From Chiloscyllium plagiosum (taxonomy: Eukaryota): 64,000 nt of DNA. Location of the stretch: positions 42,869,925 to 42,933,924 of the forward strand of contig NC_057719.1 in NCBI RefSeq assembly GCF_004010195.1, read 5' to 3'. Below the pieces are notes generated by a model, which saw only the letters and a program-made list of their open reading frames with translations, searched no databases and was not told the origin of the DNA. Positions 1 to 12,328 of this stretch are shown one piece after another; the first letter of the stretch is position 1, and every line of letters begins with the position of its first letter. The translations under genes were made by a program, and so were the position numbers.

Positions 1-1116
1 AAACGGCAAGTTCAGGTTTAGGCATGGACACATCAACAGCCACCTTCCCTTTCATTTTTGGCATTTCAATATTAATTGCAGGTTTCTCATTTTCAGGCAT
101 TTTTAGACTGACATTAGGACCTTTCAGATCAATGCCCCCAATATTAAGATCACTTCCCAGTTTGGCTGGCTTGATATCTGCATTTGTTAATTTGATATCC
201 ACATCAGCTTTTGAAAGTGAGACATCAACCTCAGGGAGATTTCCTTCAAAATCCTTCTGGGCAGTATGTTTATCATGAGCAGAAAATCCAAGTTTTGGAA
301 GTTTGAATTTTGGAAACATTATTTTTCCTCTTTTTCCATCAATCTCAACATCTGGTGCCGGCAAGTCAGTTTCAACTTCTGGAGCTCCAGCATCAATTTT
401 GGAATGGTGAATATGTACCTCTGGTTTTTCAACTGAAATATCAACATCTGGCTTGCTCACACTCACATCAATGTCAGGTTCTTTGAACTTTGGAAGAGAA
501 ATACCAAATGATGGCATTTTCATGGATGGCATTTTCAACTTTGCACCCTCACCTTTCCCCTTCAGACCTGCTGAGACTAAATCTACATCAACTGCTGACA
601 ACTGAACGTCAGCTGATGGAGCTTTAATGTCCACTGACATTCCTGGAGCTGAAACATCAATTTTAGGTTGACGCATGGACACATCGACATCCAACATCCC
701 TTTCACTTTTGGCATTTCAACATCGAATTTTGGTTTTTCCACTTCAGGCAGTTTTAGACCGACATCAGGCCCTTTGATGTCCATCTTCCCAACACAAAGA
801 TCACCTTCCATCTTGCCTGCTGTGAAATCGACACTCGGTACTTTGATATCCACCTCAGGTTTCTCTAGTGAGACATCAACTTTGGGGAGATCTACATTCA
901 GGTCCACTTTTGGAGCTTTTATATCGGGAGTGGAAAATCCAAATTTGGGAGTTTTGAATTTGGGCAGTTTCATTTTTCCCCCTTTAACTTCAATGTCAAC
1001 ATCCGGTGCCTGCAGATCACCTTCAGGTTTTGGAGTTTCTACGTCAATTTTAGGACCTTTAATGTCTATCTCTGGTTTTTGAACTGAAATATCAACATCT
1101 GGCTTGCTCACACTCA
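1..1116 (-). CDS. AHNAK2: AHNAK2-like giant exon, repeat region downstream of the assembly gap (runs off window edge)
   Basis: Same AHNAK-type repeat peptides as 1617-3200 (VSVSKPDVDISV, KLPKFKTPKFGFS, KLKMPSMKMPSFGISLPK, SMPKPEL). Codons at 1112-1114 and 23-25 are in the same frame. The ORF track misses it because the fixed-length gap shifts the frame. Confidence 0.9.
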
Positions 1117-3200
1117 NNNNNNNNNNNNNNNNNNNNNNNNNNNNNNNNNNNNNNNNNNNNNNNNNNNNNNNNNNNNNNNNNNNNNNNNNNNNNNNNNNNN
1201 NNNNNNNNNNNNNNNNNNNNNNNNNNNNNNNNNNNNNNNNNNNNNNNNNNNNNNNNNNNNNNNNNNNNNNNNNNNNNNNNNNNNNNNNNNNNNNNNNNNN
1301 NNNNNNNNNNNNNNNNNNNNNNNNNNNNNNNNNNNNNNNNNNNNNNNNNNNNNNNNNNNNNNNNNNNNNNNNNNNNNNNNNNNNNNNNNNNNNNNNNNNN
1401 NNNNNNNNNNNNNNNNNNNNNNNNNNNNNNNNNNNNNNNNNNNNNNNNNNNNNNNNNNNNNNNNNNNNNNNNNNNNNNNNNNNNNNNNNNNNNNNNNNNN
1501 NNNNNNNNNNNNNNNNNNNNNNNNNNNNNNNNNNNNNNNNNNNNNNNNNNNNNNNNNNNNNNNNNNNNNNNNNNNNNNNNNNNNNNNNNNNNNNNNNNNN
1601 NNNNNNNNNNNNNNNNATCAACTGCTGGCACATCAATGTCAGCTGTTGGAGGGTTAATGTCCACTGACATTCCTGGGGCTGAAACATCAATTTCAGGTTG
1701 AGGCATGGACACATCGGCATCCAACTTCCCTTTCACCTTTGGCATTTCAACATCGACTTTTGGTTTTTCCACTTCAGGCAGTTTTAGACCGACATCAGGA
1801 CCTTTAATGTTGATCTTCCCAAGACTATGATCACCTTCCATCTTGCCTGCTGTGACATCGACACTCGGTGCTTTGATATCCACGTCAGGTTTCTCTAGTG
1901 AGACATCAACTTTGGGGAGATTGACATTCGGGTCCACATTTGGAGCTTTTATATCGGGAGTGGAAAATCCAAATTTTGGAGTTTTGAATTTGGGCAGTTT
2001 CATTTTTCCACGTTTAACTTCAATGTCAACATCCAGTGCCTGCAGATCATCATCATGTTTTGGTGTTTCTAAGTCAATTTTAGGACCTTTAATGTCTATC
2101 TCTGTTCTTTCAACCGAAATATCAACATCTGGCTTGCTCACACTCACATCAACATCCGGTCCTTTGAACTTTGGAAGAGAAATACTAAATGATGGCATTT
2201 TCATGGATGGCATTTTGAACTTTGCTCCCTCACCTTTCAACTTCAGACCTGCTGAATCTAAATCGATATCAACTGCTGGCACATCAATGTCAGCTGATGG
2301 AGGTTTAATGTCCACTGACATTCCTGGAGCTGAAACATCAATTTCAGGTTTTGACATGGACACATCGACATCCAACATTCTTTTCACTTTTGGGATGTCA
2401 ACATCGACTTTTGGTTTTTCCACTTCAGGCTGTTTTAGAGCGACATGAAGACCTTTGATATCGATTTTCCCAAGACTAAGATCACCTTCCATCTTGCCTG
2501 TCATGACATCAACACTCGGTACTTTGATATCCACCACAGGTTTCTTGAGGGAGACATCGACTTTGGGGAGATTTACATCCTGGTCCACTTTTGGAGCTTT
2601 TATATCGGGAGTGGAAAATCCAAATTTTGGAGTTTTGAATTTGGTCAGATTCATTTTTCCGCCTCTAACTTCAATATCGTCATCCGGTGCCTGCAGATCA
2701 CCTTCAGGTTTTGGTGTTTCTATGTCAATGCTGGGACCTTCAACCTCGACCTCTGGCTTTTCAACTGAAATATCAACATTGGGCTTGCTCACACTCACAT
2801 CAACTTCAGGTCTTTTATTCCTTGGAAGAGAAATACCAAATGATGGCATTTTCATGGATGGCATTTTGAACTTTGCTCCCTCACCTTTCACCTTCAGATC
2901 TGCTGAATCTAAACCTACATCAACTGTAGGCAAATCCGCATTGGTTGATGTAGCTTTAATATCTACTGACATACCTAGAGCTGAAACATGTTCAGGTTTC
3001 GGCATGGACACATTGACATCCAACTTCCCTTTCACTTTTCTCATTTCAATAGCGACTTTTGTTTTTTCCACTTCAGGCTTTTTTAGACCGACATCAGGAT
3101 CTTTGATGTCAACCTTCCCAAGACTAAGATCACCTTCCATCTTGCCTGTTTGCAAATTTACATTTGAAACATTGCCATCCACATCGGTATTTTTTTTTGA
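430..3200 (-). repeat. Coding tandem repeat array, unit ~651 bp / 217 aa
   Basis: Marker cttgcctg (GKMEGD) recurs at 3141, 2493, 1842 and 812, with spacings of 648 and 651 bp where no gap intervenes. Confidence 0.93.
1117..1616. other. Assembly gap (500 N) inside the coding repeat array
   Basis: Run of exactly 500 N; both flanks are repeat-unit sequence. Confidence 0.99.
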
Positions 3201-4703
3201 GAGAGCGACTGTGGGGAGGCTGGCATGAACATTCATTTTTCCATGTTTAATCTCAGGTCTAGATAATCCAAATGCTTGTCCTTGTGTTTTTGACTTTCTC
3301 ATTTTCTTTTCTTCTTTTATTTCCATCCTTGGAATTTCCATATTTACCTCAGTTATTGATGGATATGAATCACACTCTTGCTCCCTCTGATGTGTTTGAT
3401 ATTTCATGCCCGAACTTTCAATTGCCTGCTGCCCCTTGCTGTTCTCCAAGATTGAGTCTGCCTCTTCAGGCTCAGTGAATGTTGTTGTGAGATTACCCAG
3501 TAACCTGCCTGGTAGCACTTCTCCTCCTTGTTCTGTGATATCTCTATCAGTGTTTGTACCTTTGGCATCAATTTTCATTAAGCTAACATCTATTGCAAGT
3601 GTTGAAGACTTACTTGCTTGCTCAGAAGTCTTATCTTTGTCTTCCTTAGTTTTGGTTTTTCTAATTTTTCCTGGCTTATCTGTCTTGGATTTCTTTGTTT
3701 TTTTCTCAGATTTTGGGAGTGGTTTCTCAGCAACCTGCTTGCTCATACTTGATTCTTGTCCCTCATCTAATGGCAATATAACATCAGCTTTTACATGTAC
3801 ACTACTAGGTTCTTTATGTGAGACAACCTGTTGCCTTTGTTGGACAGTTATTTTATCATATTTCTTCCTTACTTGTAATTTAGGTTCGGATAGTCCACTG
3901 CCTGTTTTCAATTTACCTTCTGAAGCAGTGGTCAGAATAGCTGATTGTGCGTTACTGTCTCTTTTTGAATCATTAATTTCAATTTTCTGCTGTTCCATGT
4001 TTGTAGCTGATGTTGGCAAGTGTGATTGTTTGTCTGGTAATTTTGTTTCAATATCAATTGTGGGTTGAATTGGTTCTGAAAGGATAAACTTTGCTATTTT
4101 CAGTTTTGGCATTTTCAGTTTGGAGTCTATATTAATATTGTCCGGTTCCATTGCATTGCTCTGATTCTCCAGCTTTGAATCAGATTGCTTTATTATTGTT
4201 TTTGTGATGCCATTTGTGCTTTGTGGTATACTATCTGCATGTGTTTTGAATTTCTCATATTTCAAAGTTGATGACTCCTTGCTGCCTGGTGACGGTTCTT
4301 GTCTTTTCTGCTCAGAGTTTTCTGTTTTCCCCATTTTAATTCCTCCTGCACCAATATGTGGAAGTTTTATTTTTCTTCTACGTTTTTTTAGCTTTTGAGG
4401 GGTTTCTGCTGTTTTTAAATGGGACTCTATATCTGTGCTTGTTGCAGTTACATCGTGTTGTTCACATTCCTCCGTTTCTGATAGGCTGTGTGATCTGTCC
4501 AGTTTGTATGTCTTTGTTTTTTTGAAAGCTGGAAACTTGGGGCAAGAAAAAGTTACATCAGGTACTTCAGCCGCCTTTGTCCTTCCCTTCTGTGTTGCTT
4601 CTTGCGTTTGTGTTTCTGTTGGTGTGCTCATTTCTTCAGAAGCACGTCTTGCTATTTTTGCTTTACTTCCATAAAGTTTTGAAAAAAACTCTTCTTCTGC
4701 TCC
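1617..4703 (-). CDS. AHNAK2: AHNAK2-like giant exon, 5' part (unique N-terminal region plus first repeat units)
   Basis: Acceptor tgcatactttctcatag|GGA GCA GAA at 4703 (phase 0), with an in-frame TAG immediately upstream. Encodes GAEEEFFSKLY...FSCPKFPAFKKTKTYKLDRSHSLSETEECEQHDVTATSTDIESHL, resembling the human AHNAK2 segment as I recall it (LSWPKFQSIK...[28 protein letters not shown]). Followed by KFKMPSMKMPSFG/EGDLSL repeats. Confidence 0.92.
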
Positions 4704-5465
4704 CTATGAGAAAGTATGCACTGTTATTTCATCAGGTTTTGTATAACATAAACCTATAAGCTTGCAATATTGATAGAGAGAGACAAGTAGAATGATTAAC
4801 CATGGTGCATATGTTTGAATGCAAAACCTAACTCACTTGTAAGGTTGACCTGTGTAACACATTTGTATATCTTAGTTATTTAAACTGCTTTGTAAATGGC
4901 CTGGATTTTTGCACAATGTCTAAATGGTAAACCTATATACTCATTTTTGTAGAATACCAATGTGAGCTTCTTTTGATTATCTGATTACACTGCAATCAGT
5001 CTGATTTCCATGTCCTTTTCTTGTGTTCATTGCAGAATTCAGCTTTCCATAAACTGCAGTTTCATCCCATGTGTAATATCCTATCTGTTATAATTCTGAT
5101 GCAGAATGAAAACTGAACTTGTTTGCCAGTATGTTATAGACTCGAAATAAAATGCTCCAGAAACGTAACTTCTCCCGAAGAACTTCATCAATGCTAGCCT
5201 TTGGCCCTTCACTTATTATGATAGTTAGGAACTGCCAATCTGTTTGATTACATTCTCATGATTAATTTTAATGTCAATGTCCCCATTAAAATGATCACTC
5301 TTGTTGTGTTTGCATTGTATCTTATCATGTAGGTTGTGATTGAATCGTGTTTCCATCTGCATTGTGTTTTGTGTATCTCTGGGGAGAGTTTATTTCGCCG
5401 AGTGTGCTGGTATGTGGGTTTCCTTTTATGCACTTTTTTGACTGTTCACTGTGTGTTTTTATTTG

Positions 5466-5858
5466 GTTAAAAATCAGACAACACCAGGTTTTAGTCCAAC
5501 ATGTTTATTTGGAAGTACTAGCTTTCAGAGCGCTGCTCCTTCATCAGGTAGCTGTGAGACAGGATCATAAGACACAGAATTTATAGCAAAAAATTACAAT
5601 GTCATGCAACTGAAATGATATATTGAACAAACCAAGATAACAGCAATCTAGGTTTGCTCAATATATCATTTCAGTTGCATGACACTGTCATCTTTTGCTA
5701 TAAATTCTGTGTCTTATGATCCTGTCCCACACCTACTTGATGAAGGAGCAGCAGCGCAAAAGCTAGTGCTTCCAAATTAACCTGCTAGGACCATGACCTG
5801 GAGTTGTGTGATTTTTAACTTTGTGCAGCCCAATCCAACACCAGCTCCTTCACATCAT
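5466..5858. mobile_element. Fold-back Penelope-like terminal-repeat element (family B)
   Basis: Inverted arms of ~170 bp around a centre near 5640. Sequence matches the 3' terminal repeat of the GIY-YIG element at 61913-63257. Confidence 0.8.
5516..5550 (-). ncRNA. Minimal hammerhead-ribozyme motif (family B)
   Basis: Minus strand reads TAC-CTGATGA-A-GGAGC-agc-GCTCT-GAAA-GCTA-GTA. Confidence 0.65.
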
Positions 5859-6149
5859 TTTATTATTTGGAGGATTGTGATGTGGTTTACTTTGTTGGTT
5901 CTGAGTATTGCCTTACCTGTTGGTTATAGTGAGACTTGAGGCACTTGTTTTCAGGACCCCATTTCTTAGTGGGATTTTTTTACTGTTAACTGTTAGTGTG
6001 TCATGTGTTTGTCAATTTGTATGACGTTGAATAAAAAAAACTAAATAAAACAATCACGTTTGTACCTCTTGGTAAAGCCCTCATTTTCACTTCATTAAGT
6101 AAAAAGGGCTGGAGACGAGAATGATTAAAACTGGCTTACCCATTCATTG

Positions 6150-6340
6150 TCGATCTCAGAAGATCAGTCATTGGCTATATTCAGACAGAGATTGACAAAT
6201 ACCTAGCCATTAAATATTTCAAGGGATGTGGGAAAGGTGTGCCCAAAAGGTGTTGATTTTGACCATCAGGCATACTCTAGTTGAATTGCAGAATAAGCTC
6301 AAGGGTCTGAAAACCCAATCCTACTCCTATTTTTCTATTT
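6150..6340 (+). mobile_element. Old CR1-like LINE 3' end
   Basis: Degenerate match to CR1 3' ends elsewhere in the window (gacagagattgac...ctactcctattttt). Confidence 0.55.
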
Positions 6341-6419
6341 GCAGCTGTGTGATTGCCAAATCACATCTACTGCTGTAACTCTTCTTTATACTAATTTCAC
6401 CAGTAGAATCACCAGTTCC

Positions 6420-6830
6420 ATGCCTTCACAGCAGCCTTCCTATATAAACTTGAACTTTCCAGAATTCTGTTGACTGTGTCTTAAATTCTCCAAGTCCAGT
6501 TCACCCATCACCCAGAGCTCACTACATACATTGGCTCAGCAAGACCTCAATTTTCAAAGTCTCTTCATTTTTTAAATCTCTTGCAAGGCCTTGTCTCTCC
6601 CTATTTCTGTAACATTCTTTGGCTCCCCAGAGCCCTCTGTAGCTCATATCCAATGTGCAACCCCAACATCAGTCCCTCCAGCATTGGTGAGTTAGCCTTA
6701 AGCTGCTAAAGCGAATAGCGCTGGATTCTATCCCAAACCCATTCCCCTCCCACCCACAGTCTACTTCTTTAAGACCATCTTCAAAACCTATTTCATTAAC
6801 CACTTTTTTTTTGGCTATCTAACTGATAAC
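6420..6830 (+). mobile_element. Degenerate L2-like LINE 3' fragment
   Basis: cacccatcaccc...ctacattggct...tttcaaagtctc...aaaacctatttc pattern typical of L2 ORF2 ends. Confidence 0.5.
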
Positions 6831-7825
6831 CTTTTATGTGACTCAGAGGCAAATTTCAATGAATATTCTCTTTTGAATCATCTGGGGACTTTTATTGACT
6901 TAAAAGGACAACATTAATGTAATTTATGTGCTCCAGACTTTTTCAAAGCTGCAGAAAATGCCACAGCAGACCACAGCCACAATAGTGGGTTCCATAGTGA
7001 CACTGCTGTTGCTGTTTGAAGGCCCAGGAATCCCATTTGCAGGCAATATCACATCTGAATTACTCAATTACGTCTACCTTCATGGTAACCTCATGGAAAT
7101 ACTGAAACTTGTTTTTCAATGTTTTCTAAGGATCTGATGGCACAACCATTAACTAGCTATGGAAGCTGTGCTTGCAGTAGCTCTGGGACTTTAACTTGAT
7201 CGACAAATGACTAATGGTTAAAAAACTAATAAGGAGGGAGAAAATTGGTTGTGGAAGTAAATTGGCAAGCACTATAAAAACAGTCAGCAAGAGCTAGAGC
7301 TATATTCTATGAGCATTTAAATAGAAATGGAGCAACTAAATTAAGTGTGGGACTCATTGGAAATTAAACTAGGGAATTGATAATTGGGAACAGGGAAATG
7401 GCAGATAAATAAGACCAATATTTTGCATTGATCTTTCTAGTGGGATACACTATAAACATCCCAAAGATAACAGGTATGCAAGGTGCTAATGGGGGGGAAA
7501 CATCATGTAATAGTCTCTATCATGAGGGACAAAGTATTTGAAAAACTGAAGGCAGACAAGACACCAGATCTAAAGGCCTGGATCCAAGGTTTTAAAGGGA
7601 AGTGCTGCAGAGATAGTGGAAGCACTGATCAAAATGTTTCAGAGCTCTTTGGATTCTGGAAAGGTTTCAGTCGATTGGAAAACTGTCCATATAACGTCCC
7701 TGCTATTGAAGAGAGGGAAAGAGAAAGCAGGATACTACAGACCAGTTCGCTTAACATATGTCATTGAGAAAATGCTGAAGTCCATTATTAAGGAAGAACT
7801 AGCAAGACGCTTAGTGCAATCAAAC

Positions 7826-8965
7826 AGAGTCAACATGGCTTTGTGCATGGGAAATCATGTCTCACAAACTTGATTGAGTTTTTTGAGGAAGTAACAAAGA
7901 TAACATATGTCATTGAGAAAATGCTGAAGTCCATTATTAAGGAAGAACTAGCAAGATGCTTAGTGCAATCAAACAGAGTCAACATGGCTTTGTGCGTGGG
8001 AAATCATGTCTCATAAACTTGATTGAGTTTTTTGAGGAAGTAACAAAGAGGACTGATGAGGGCAGAGCAGTAGATGTGATCTGTATGGACTTCAGTAAGG
8101 CGTTTGACAAGGTTCCCCATGGGAGACTGATTAGCAAGGTTAGATCTCACGGAATACAGGGAGAACTAGCCATTTGGATACAGAACTGGCTCAAAGGTAG
8201 AAGACAGAGGGTAGTGATGGAGGGTTTTTTTCAGACTGGAGGCCTGTGACCAGTGGAGTGCCACAAGAATCGGTGCTGGGTCCACTACTTTTTGTCATTT
8301 ACATAAATGATTTGGATGCGAGCATAAGAGGTACAGTTAGTAAGTTTGCAGATGACACCAAAATTGGGGGTGTAGGTGGACAGAAAAGAGGGTTACCTCA
8401 GATTACAACAGGATCTTGACCAGATGGGCCAAATGGGCTGAGAAGTGGCAGATGGTGTTTAATTCAGATAAATGTGAGGTGCTGCATTTTGGGAGAGCAA
8501 ATCTTAGCAGGACTTATACACTTAATGGTAAAGTCATAGGGAATGTTGCTGAACAAAGAGACCTTGGAGTGCACGTTCATAGCTCCGTGAAAGTGGAGTC
8601 GCAGGTAGATAGGATAGTGAAGAAGGTGTTTGGTATGCTTTCCTTTATTGGTCAGAGTATTGAGTACAGGAGTTCATAGGTTTAGGGTGAGAGGGGAAAG
8701 ATATAAAAGAGACCTACTGGGCAACATTTTCACACAGAGGATGGTACGTGTATGTAATGAGCTGCCAGAGGAAATGGTGGAGGCTGGTATAATTGCAACA
8801 TTTAAGAGGCATTTGGATGGGTATATAAATAAGAAGGGTTTGGAGGGATATGGGCCGAGTGCTGGCAGGTGTGACTAGATTGAGTTGGGATATCCGGTCG
8901 GCACAGGCGGGTTGGACCGAAGGGTCTGTTTCCATGCTGTACACCTCTATGACTCTATGATTCTA
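7826..8965 (+). mobile_element. Younger 5'-truncated CR1 (HER1-like) LINE with internal deletion near 8672
   Basis: QHGFVRGKSCLINLIEFFEEVTK...DFSKAFDKVPHGRLISKV, FADDTK motif, and tail ctctatgactctatgattctatg. Confidence 0.9.
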
Positions 8966-9970
8966 TGAAACTGAAATCATGTTTGACAAATTTGCCAGAG
9001 TTAGTATTTTTCTCACTGGAATTTTTTTTAACAAGTGGAATGCCTCAAGGATCTGTCCTACAGCCTCAATTATTTACTATCAATATTAATGTCTTGGAGG
9101 AGGGGGCAGAGTGTAATGTATCCAGATTTGCTGACAGTACAAAAAAGAAGGAAGGGCATGTCGTGATGAAGACATAAGCAAGGAGACACTTCCGAACACT
9201 TGCGTTTATGAACGAAATCCCATATTACAATTAATTTTAAGGATCCAACATGCAAAGATTCACTCATACAAATGAGTATATTATACAGTACTGTATTGTG
9301 TTCTGATTTGCATACAAACTGACTTATGAATGAAATCAGCAAAGGAATGCATTTGTGACCTAGGGACTGCCTGTAGGACAAGGTTTAGTGAATGGCAACA
9401 AGTTGCTAGATGGTGTTTAATGTAGGAAAATGTGAGGTCAACTCTTTGGTAAGTATTACCAAAAGGCAGAGTATTATTTAAATAGAGAAAGACTTCAAAA
9501 AGAAGTGTTCTTGTGCATGAAACACAAAAGGTTAGCATGCAGGTGCAGCAGATTTAAGACGACAAATGGAATTGGCTGTTAGGCGGTTGGAATTAAAAAA
9601 AAAAGGAAGATCTTGTTACAACAGTACAGGGTATTGGTGAGGCCACTCCTGGAGTATTGTGTACAGTTTTGGTCTTGTATTTACAAAAGGGTATAAAAAA
9701 GTGCAGTTAAAAAGCGATTCACCCATTGTTTCCTGGTATGACACGGTTGACTTATCAAGAGCAGCTTAACAGGTTAGACCTTTATTAATTACAATTCAAA
9801 AAAAAAAGGGGCAATCTTAATGAAGTACACAAGATTCTGGAGCAGCTTAATAGGATGGACAATGGGATGATGTTTCCATTAGTGGGGGAAAGTCAAACAG
9901 CGGACATAGTTACAAAAGAAGGGATACTCATTTAAAACTGAGATGCGAATGAATTTCTTCTTCCAGAGAT

Positions 9971-10299
9971 GGGTGGCACGGTGGCACGGTGGCTCAGTGG
10001 TTAGCACTGCAGCCTCACAGCACCAGGGACCCGGGTTCGATTCCAGCCTTGGACGATTATCTGTGTGGAGTTTATACATTCTCCCAGTGACTGCATAGGT
10101 TTCCTCCCACAATACAAAGATTTGCAGGCTAGGTGAGTTGGCCATGCTAAATTGCCTATAGTGTTCAGGATGTGTAGGTTAGGTGCATAAGTCAGGAGTA
10201 AATGTAGAGTAATAGGGTATGGGTCTGGGTGGGTTACTCTTCGGAGGGTTGGTGTGGACTTGTTGATCAGAAGAGCCTATTTCCACACTGTAGGGATTC
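9971..10299 (+). mobile_element. tRNA-derived SINE (HE1-like)
   Basis: Pol III A box tggctcagtgg, B box ggttcgattcc, CR1-like tail ccacactgtagggattc; inserted in the old CR1. Confidence 0.88.
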
Positions 10300-11242
10300 C
10301 ATGAGATATTGAAAGCCTGGAATTGTCAAATAGTTGTGGAGGCTAGATTACTGAAGATACTTAAAGAGGAGATATTTAGAATTTTAAAATATCAGGGAGT
10401 TGCCAACTATGCTGAGCTGGAATGAAGGAGGAATTGAGGCCTTGAGCAGATCAGCCATCATCTTGTTGAATGACAGGGACAGTTTGAGGGGCCAAATGGC
10501 TTGCTCCTGCTCCTATTTCTTATGTACTAACAAGACGAGCAAAGCCTGATAAGAGGAGAAATCTGTGAAGAGTAAGGAGGAACAGAGTTCTTCACAGAAG
10601 GCTGTGCCACCATATGTTCTCAAGCTTCATTTAATCCTATGGAAATGCATGAGCTGAATCTGATTCAACAAGGAGCTTATTTGTATCACCTCCTTCAATA
10701 CAACATGAGGCCTCACACAATGACAAGGATGGGTCTGCCAGCATTTGTAAGGTTACAGTGGGGTTGAATTTCAAAATATCTGGACTTATCATGTGGGGGA
10801 GGATGACATAACCAACCTCTGCCCATATACCATCCAAGGATGCTTCCAGAATGTGATGAAAATGGGCTATATTAGGAGTGGTACATATATCAGGACCTGA
10901 GGAATCCAGCCATTGCTAAATAAGCTGCATGGATAAAGCTACCTTCATTTTGAAGCAGTCTGCTATTCCTGCAGTCTTTGTAACTCCACAGAGAACCATA
11001 GCATGGCTAATTGGACACAAAACATATCAGTGCAGATGACCACTGATTTCCCTCTGCCCATGCACGGGAATTGCCTATAATGAAAACTATAGAGTGATCA
11101 GAACCATCATGGAGGAGACTGTTGGCACGCTGGAGAAACACTTCTCGTACCTGGTTCAACCACACAGTGCCCACAAGTAAACATTAAAATATGTTGAACT
11201 CAGCGGCAGTCTGCTGCAATCTCCATACGTCATCACAATGCT

Positions 11243-11386
11243 ACAGAATTCTGATGAAGAGCTTATGCTCAAAACGTTGACTCTCCTGGTCCTCGGCTGC
11301 TGCCTGACTGGCTGTGCTTTTCCAGCACTACACGTTTTGACTCTGATCTCCAGCATATGCAGTCCTCACTTTCTCCACAGAATTCT
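11243..11386 (+). mobile_element. Short PLE-derived element (family A) with degenerate hammerhead
   Basis: CTGATGA-A-GAGC-ttat-GCTC-aAAAC; flanked by acagaattct (11243-11252 and 11377-11386). Confidence 0.75.
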
Positions 11387-12328
11387 CAGTCAAGTATCTG
11401 AATGCCAGCTCATGAGGAGACAGAGGAAGAGTTGAGGCAGAGCATAGTACTACTGACTTTGTCATCTTCCGACTCGCCGATAAGTCCACAAAGCTATTGA
11501 ATTTCTCCCCAAGTATAGCCCCGTTGAATAATGGAAATCGATGATGTCATAACACATTAAAGGGAAAAATGTACTAGAGAGTATACGAAATAAGTATTGC
11601 AGGCATTCAAACTAAATTTGCTTCAGCAAAAATGAACTTTATAGAGATGAGACCAGATTAAGTGGTTTTAGGTGCCTTTATAAAATTGACCAGCCTACTA
11701 ACAGATGTCACATGTTCAATTCTCTACTCTCCTAGAGCGGCCTGGCATATAATGTACAATTTTGGCAATTAAAAGCCTGAATCATATAAACTACCTTTGT
11801 TCATTCAGTATATCATCTTTGAAGAGTTCCCTATTCTAGAATGTGCATGTGAGAAAGAGATTTAAAATATATGGCTGTGATTTTATTTTTTTTTTAAATA
11901 TCAAAGCAGGCTAGATAAACTGAATAGGCTACCAATGTTCCAATGATCTTATGTGATAAATGTCAAGATCTGTCTGAAAACAGTAACCAGTGAAATATTA
12001 CAGAGAATTATTCCTCTAAAGAGATTTCAACAATTATCATCTTCTGGAAGCTGAACTTAAAAGTACATTTATCCTCTAGTGAACTAAAATAAAGACAAAT
12101 AACAAACTTTATTTTAGGAGTGAGTGGAATTTAAATGGTAATCTTTCTCTCACTGTGAATGTGCCCCCTTAGTGTCCTCTTACTGTATGAGGCAGAAACA
12201 ACATTATAATTCATAATAAGAACTGCCAACAGAATATACTTAATTATGTATTTTTAAGTAATTTCTAAGGAAATGACATTAACAGTAGAAGCAGTGAACA
12301 ACTGATATTTAACAGAAAATAGACCCAC

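Larger units (their letters stand above)
7210..10530 (+). mobile_element. Old CR1-like LINE hosting a younger CR1 copy and a SINE
   Basis: RT-like peptides (DWKTVHITSLLLKRGKEKAGYYRPVRLT, KSCLTNL, SGMPQGSVLQPQLFTININ, SRFADST) and 3' tail ctcctgctcctatttcttatg. Confidence 0.85.

Noticed and set aside
1092..1116. Stop codon and ECEQARC C-terminus of the 1179-aa ORF
   Set aside because: Out-of-frame reading caused by the arbitrary 500-N gap; the correct frame continues.
430..3200. Repeat array as CRISPR-like or satellite
   Set aside because: Units are in-frame coding repeats with no unique spacers, in a vertebrate context.
4629..4631. ATG as translation start of the gene
   Set aside because: The frame is open 24 codons further upstream to a splice acceptor at 4703 that is in phase with the PDZ exons.
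24..4674. Long plus-strand ORFs (675-1082, 1843-2448, 2455-3228, 3406-4068 and others)
   Set aside because: Antisense shadows of the biased, repetitive minus-strand coding exon; no independent evidence of a gene.
9971..10045. tRNA gene
   Set aside because: The A/B boxes belong to the head of a multi-copy SINE; no complete cloverleaf identified.
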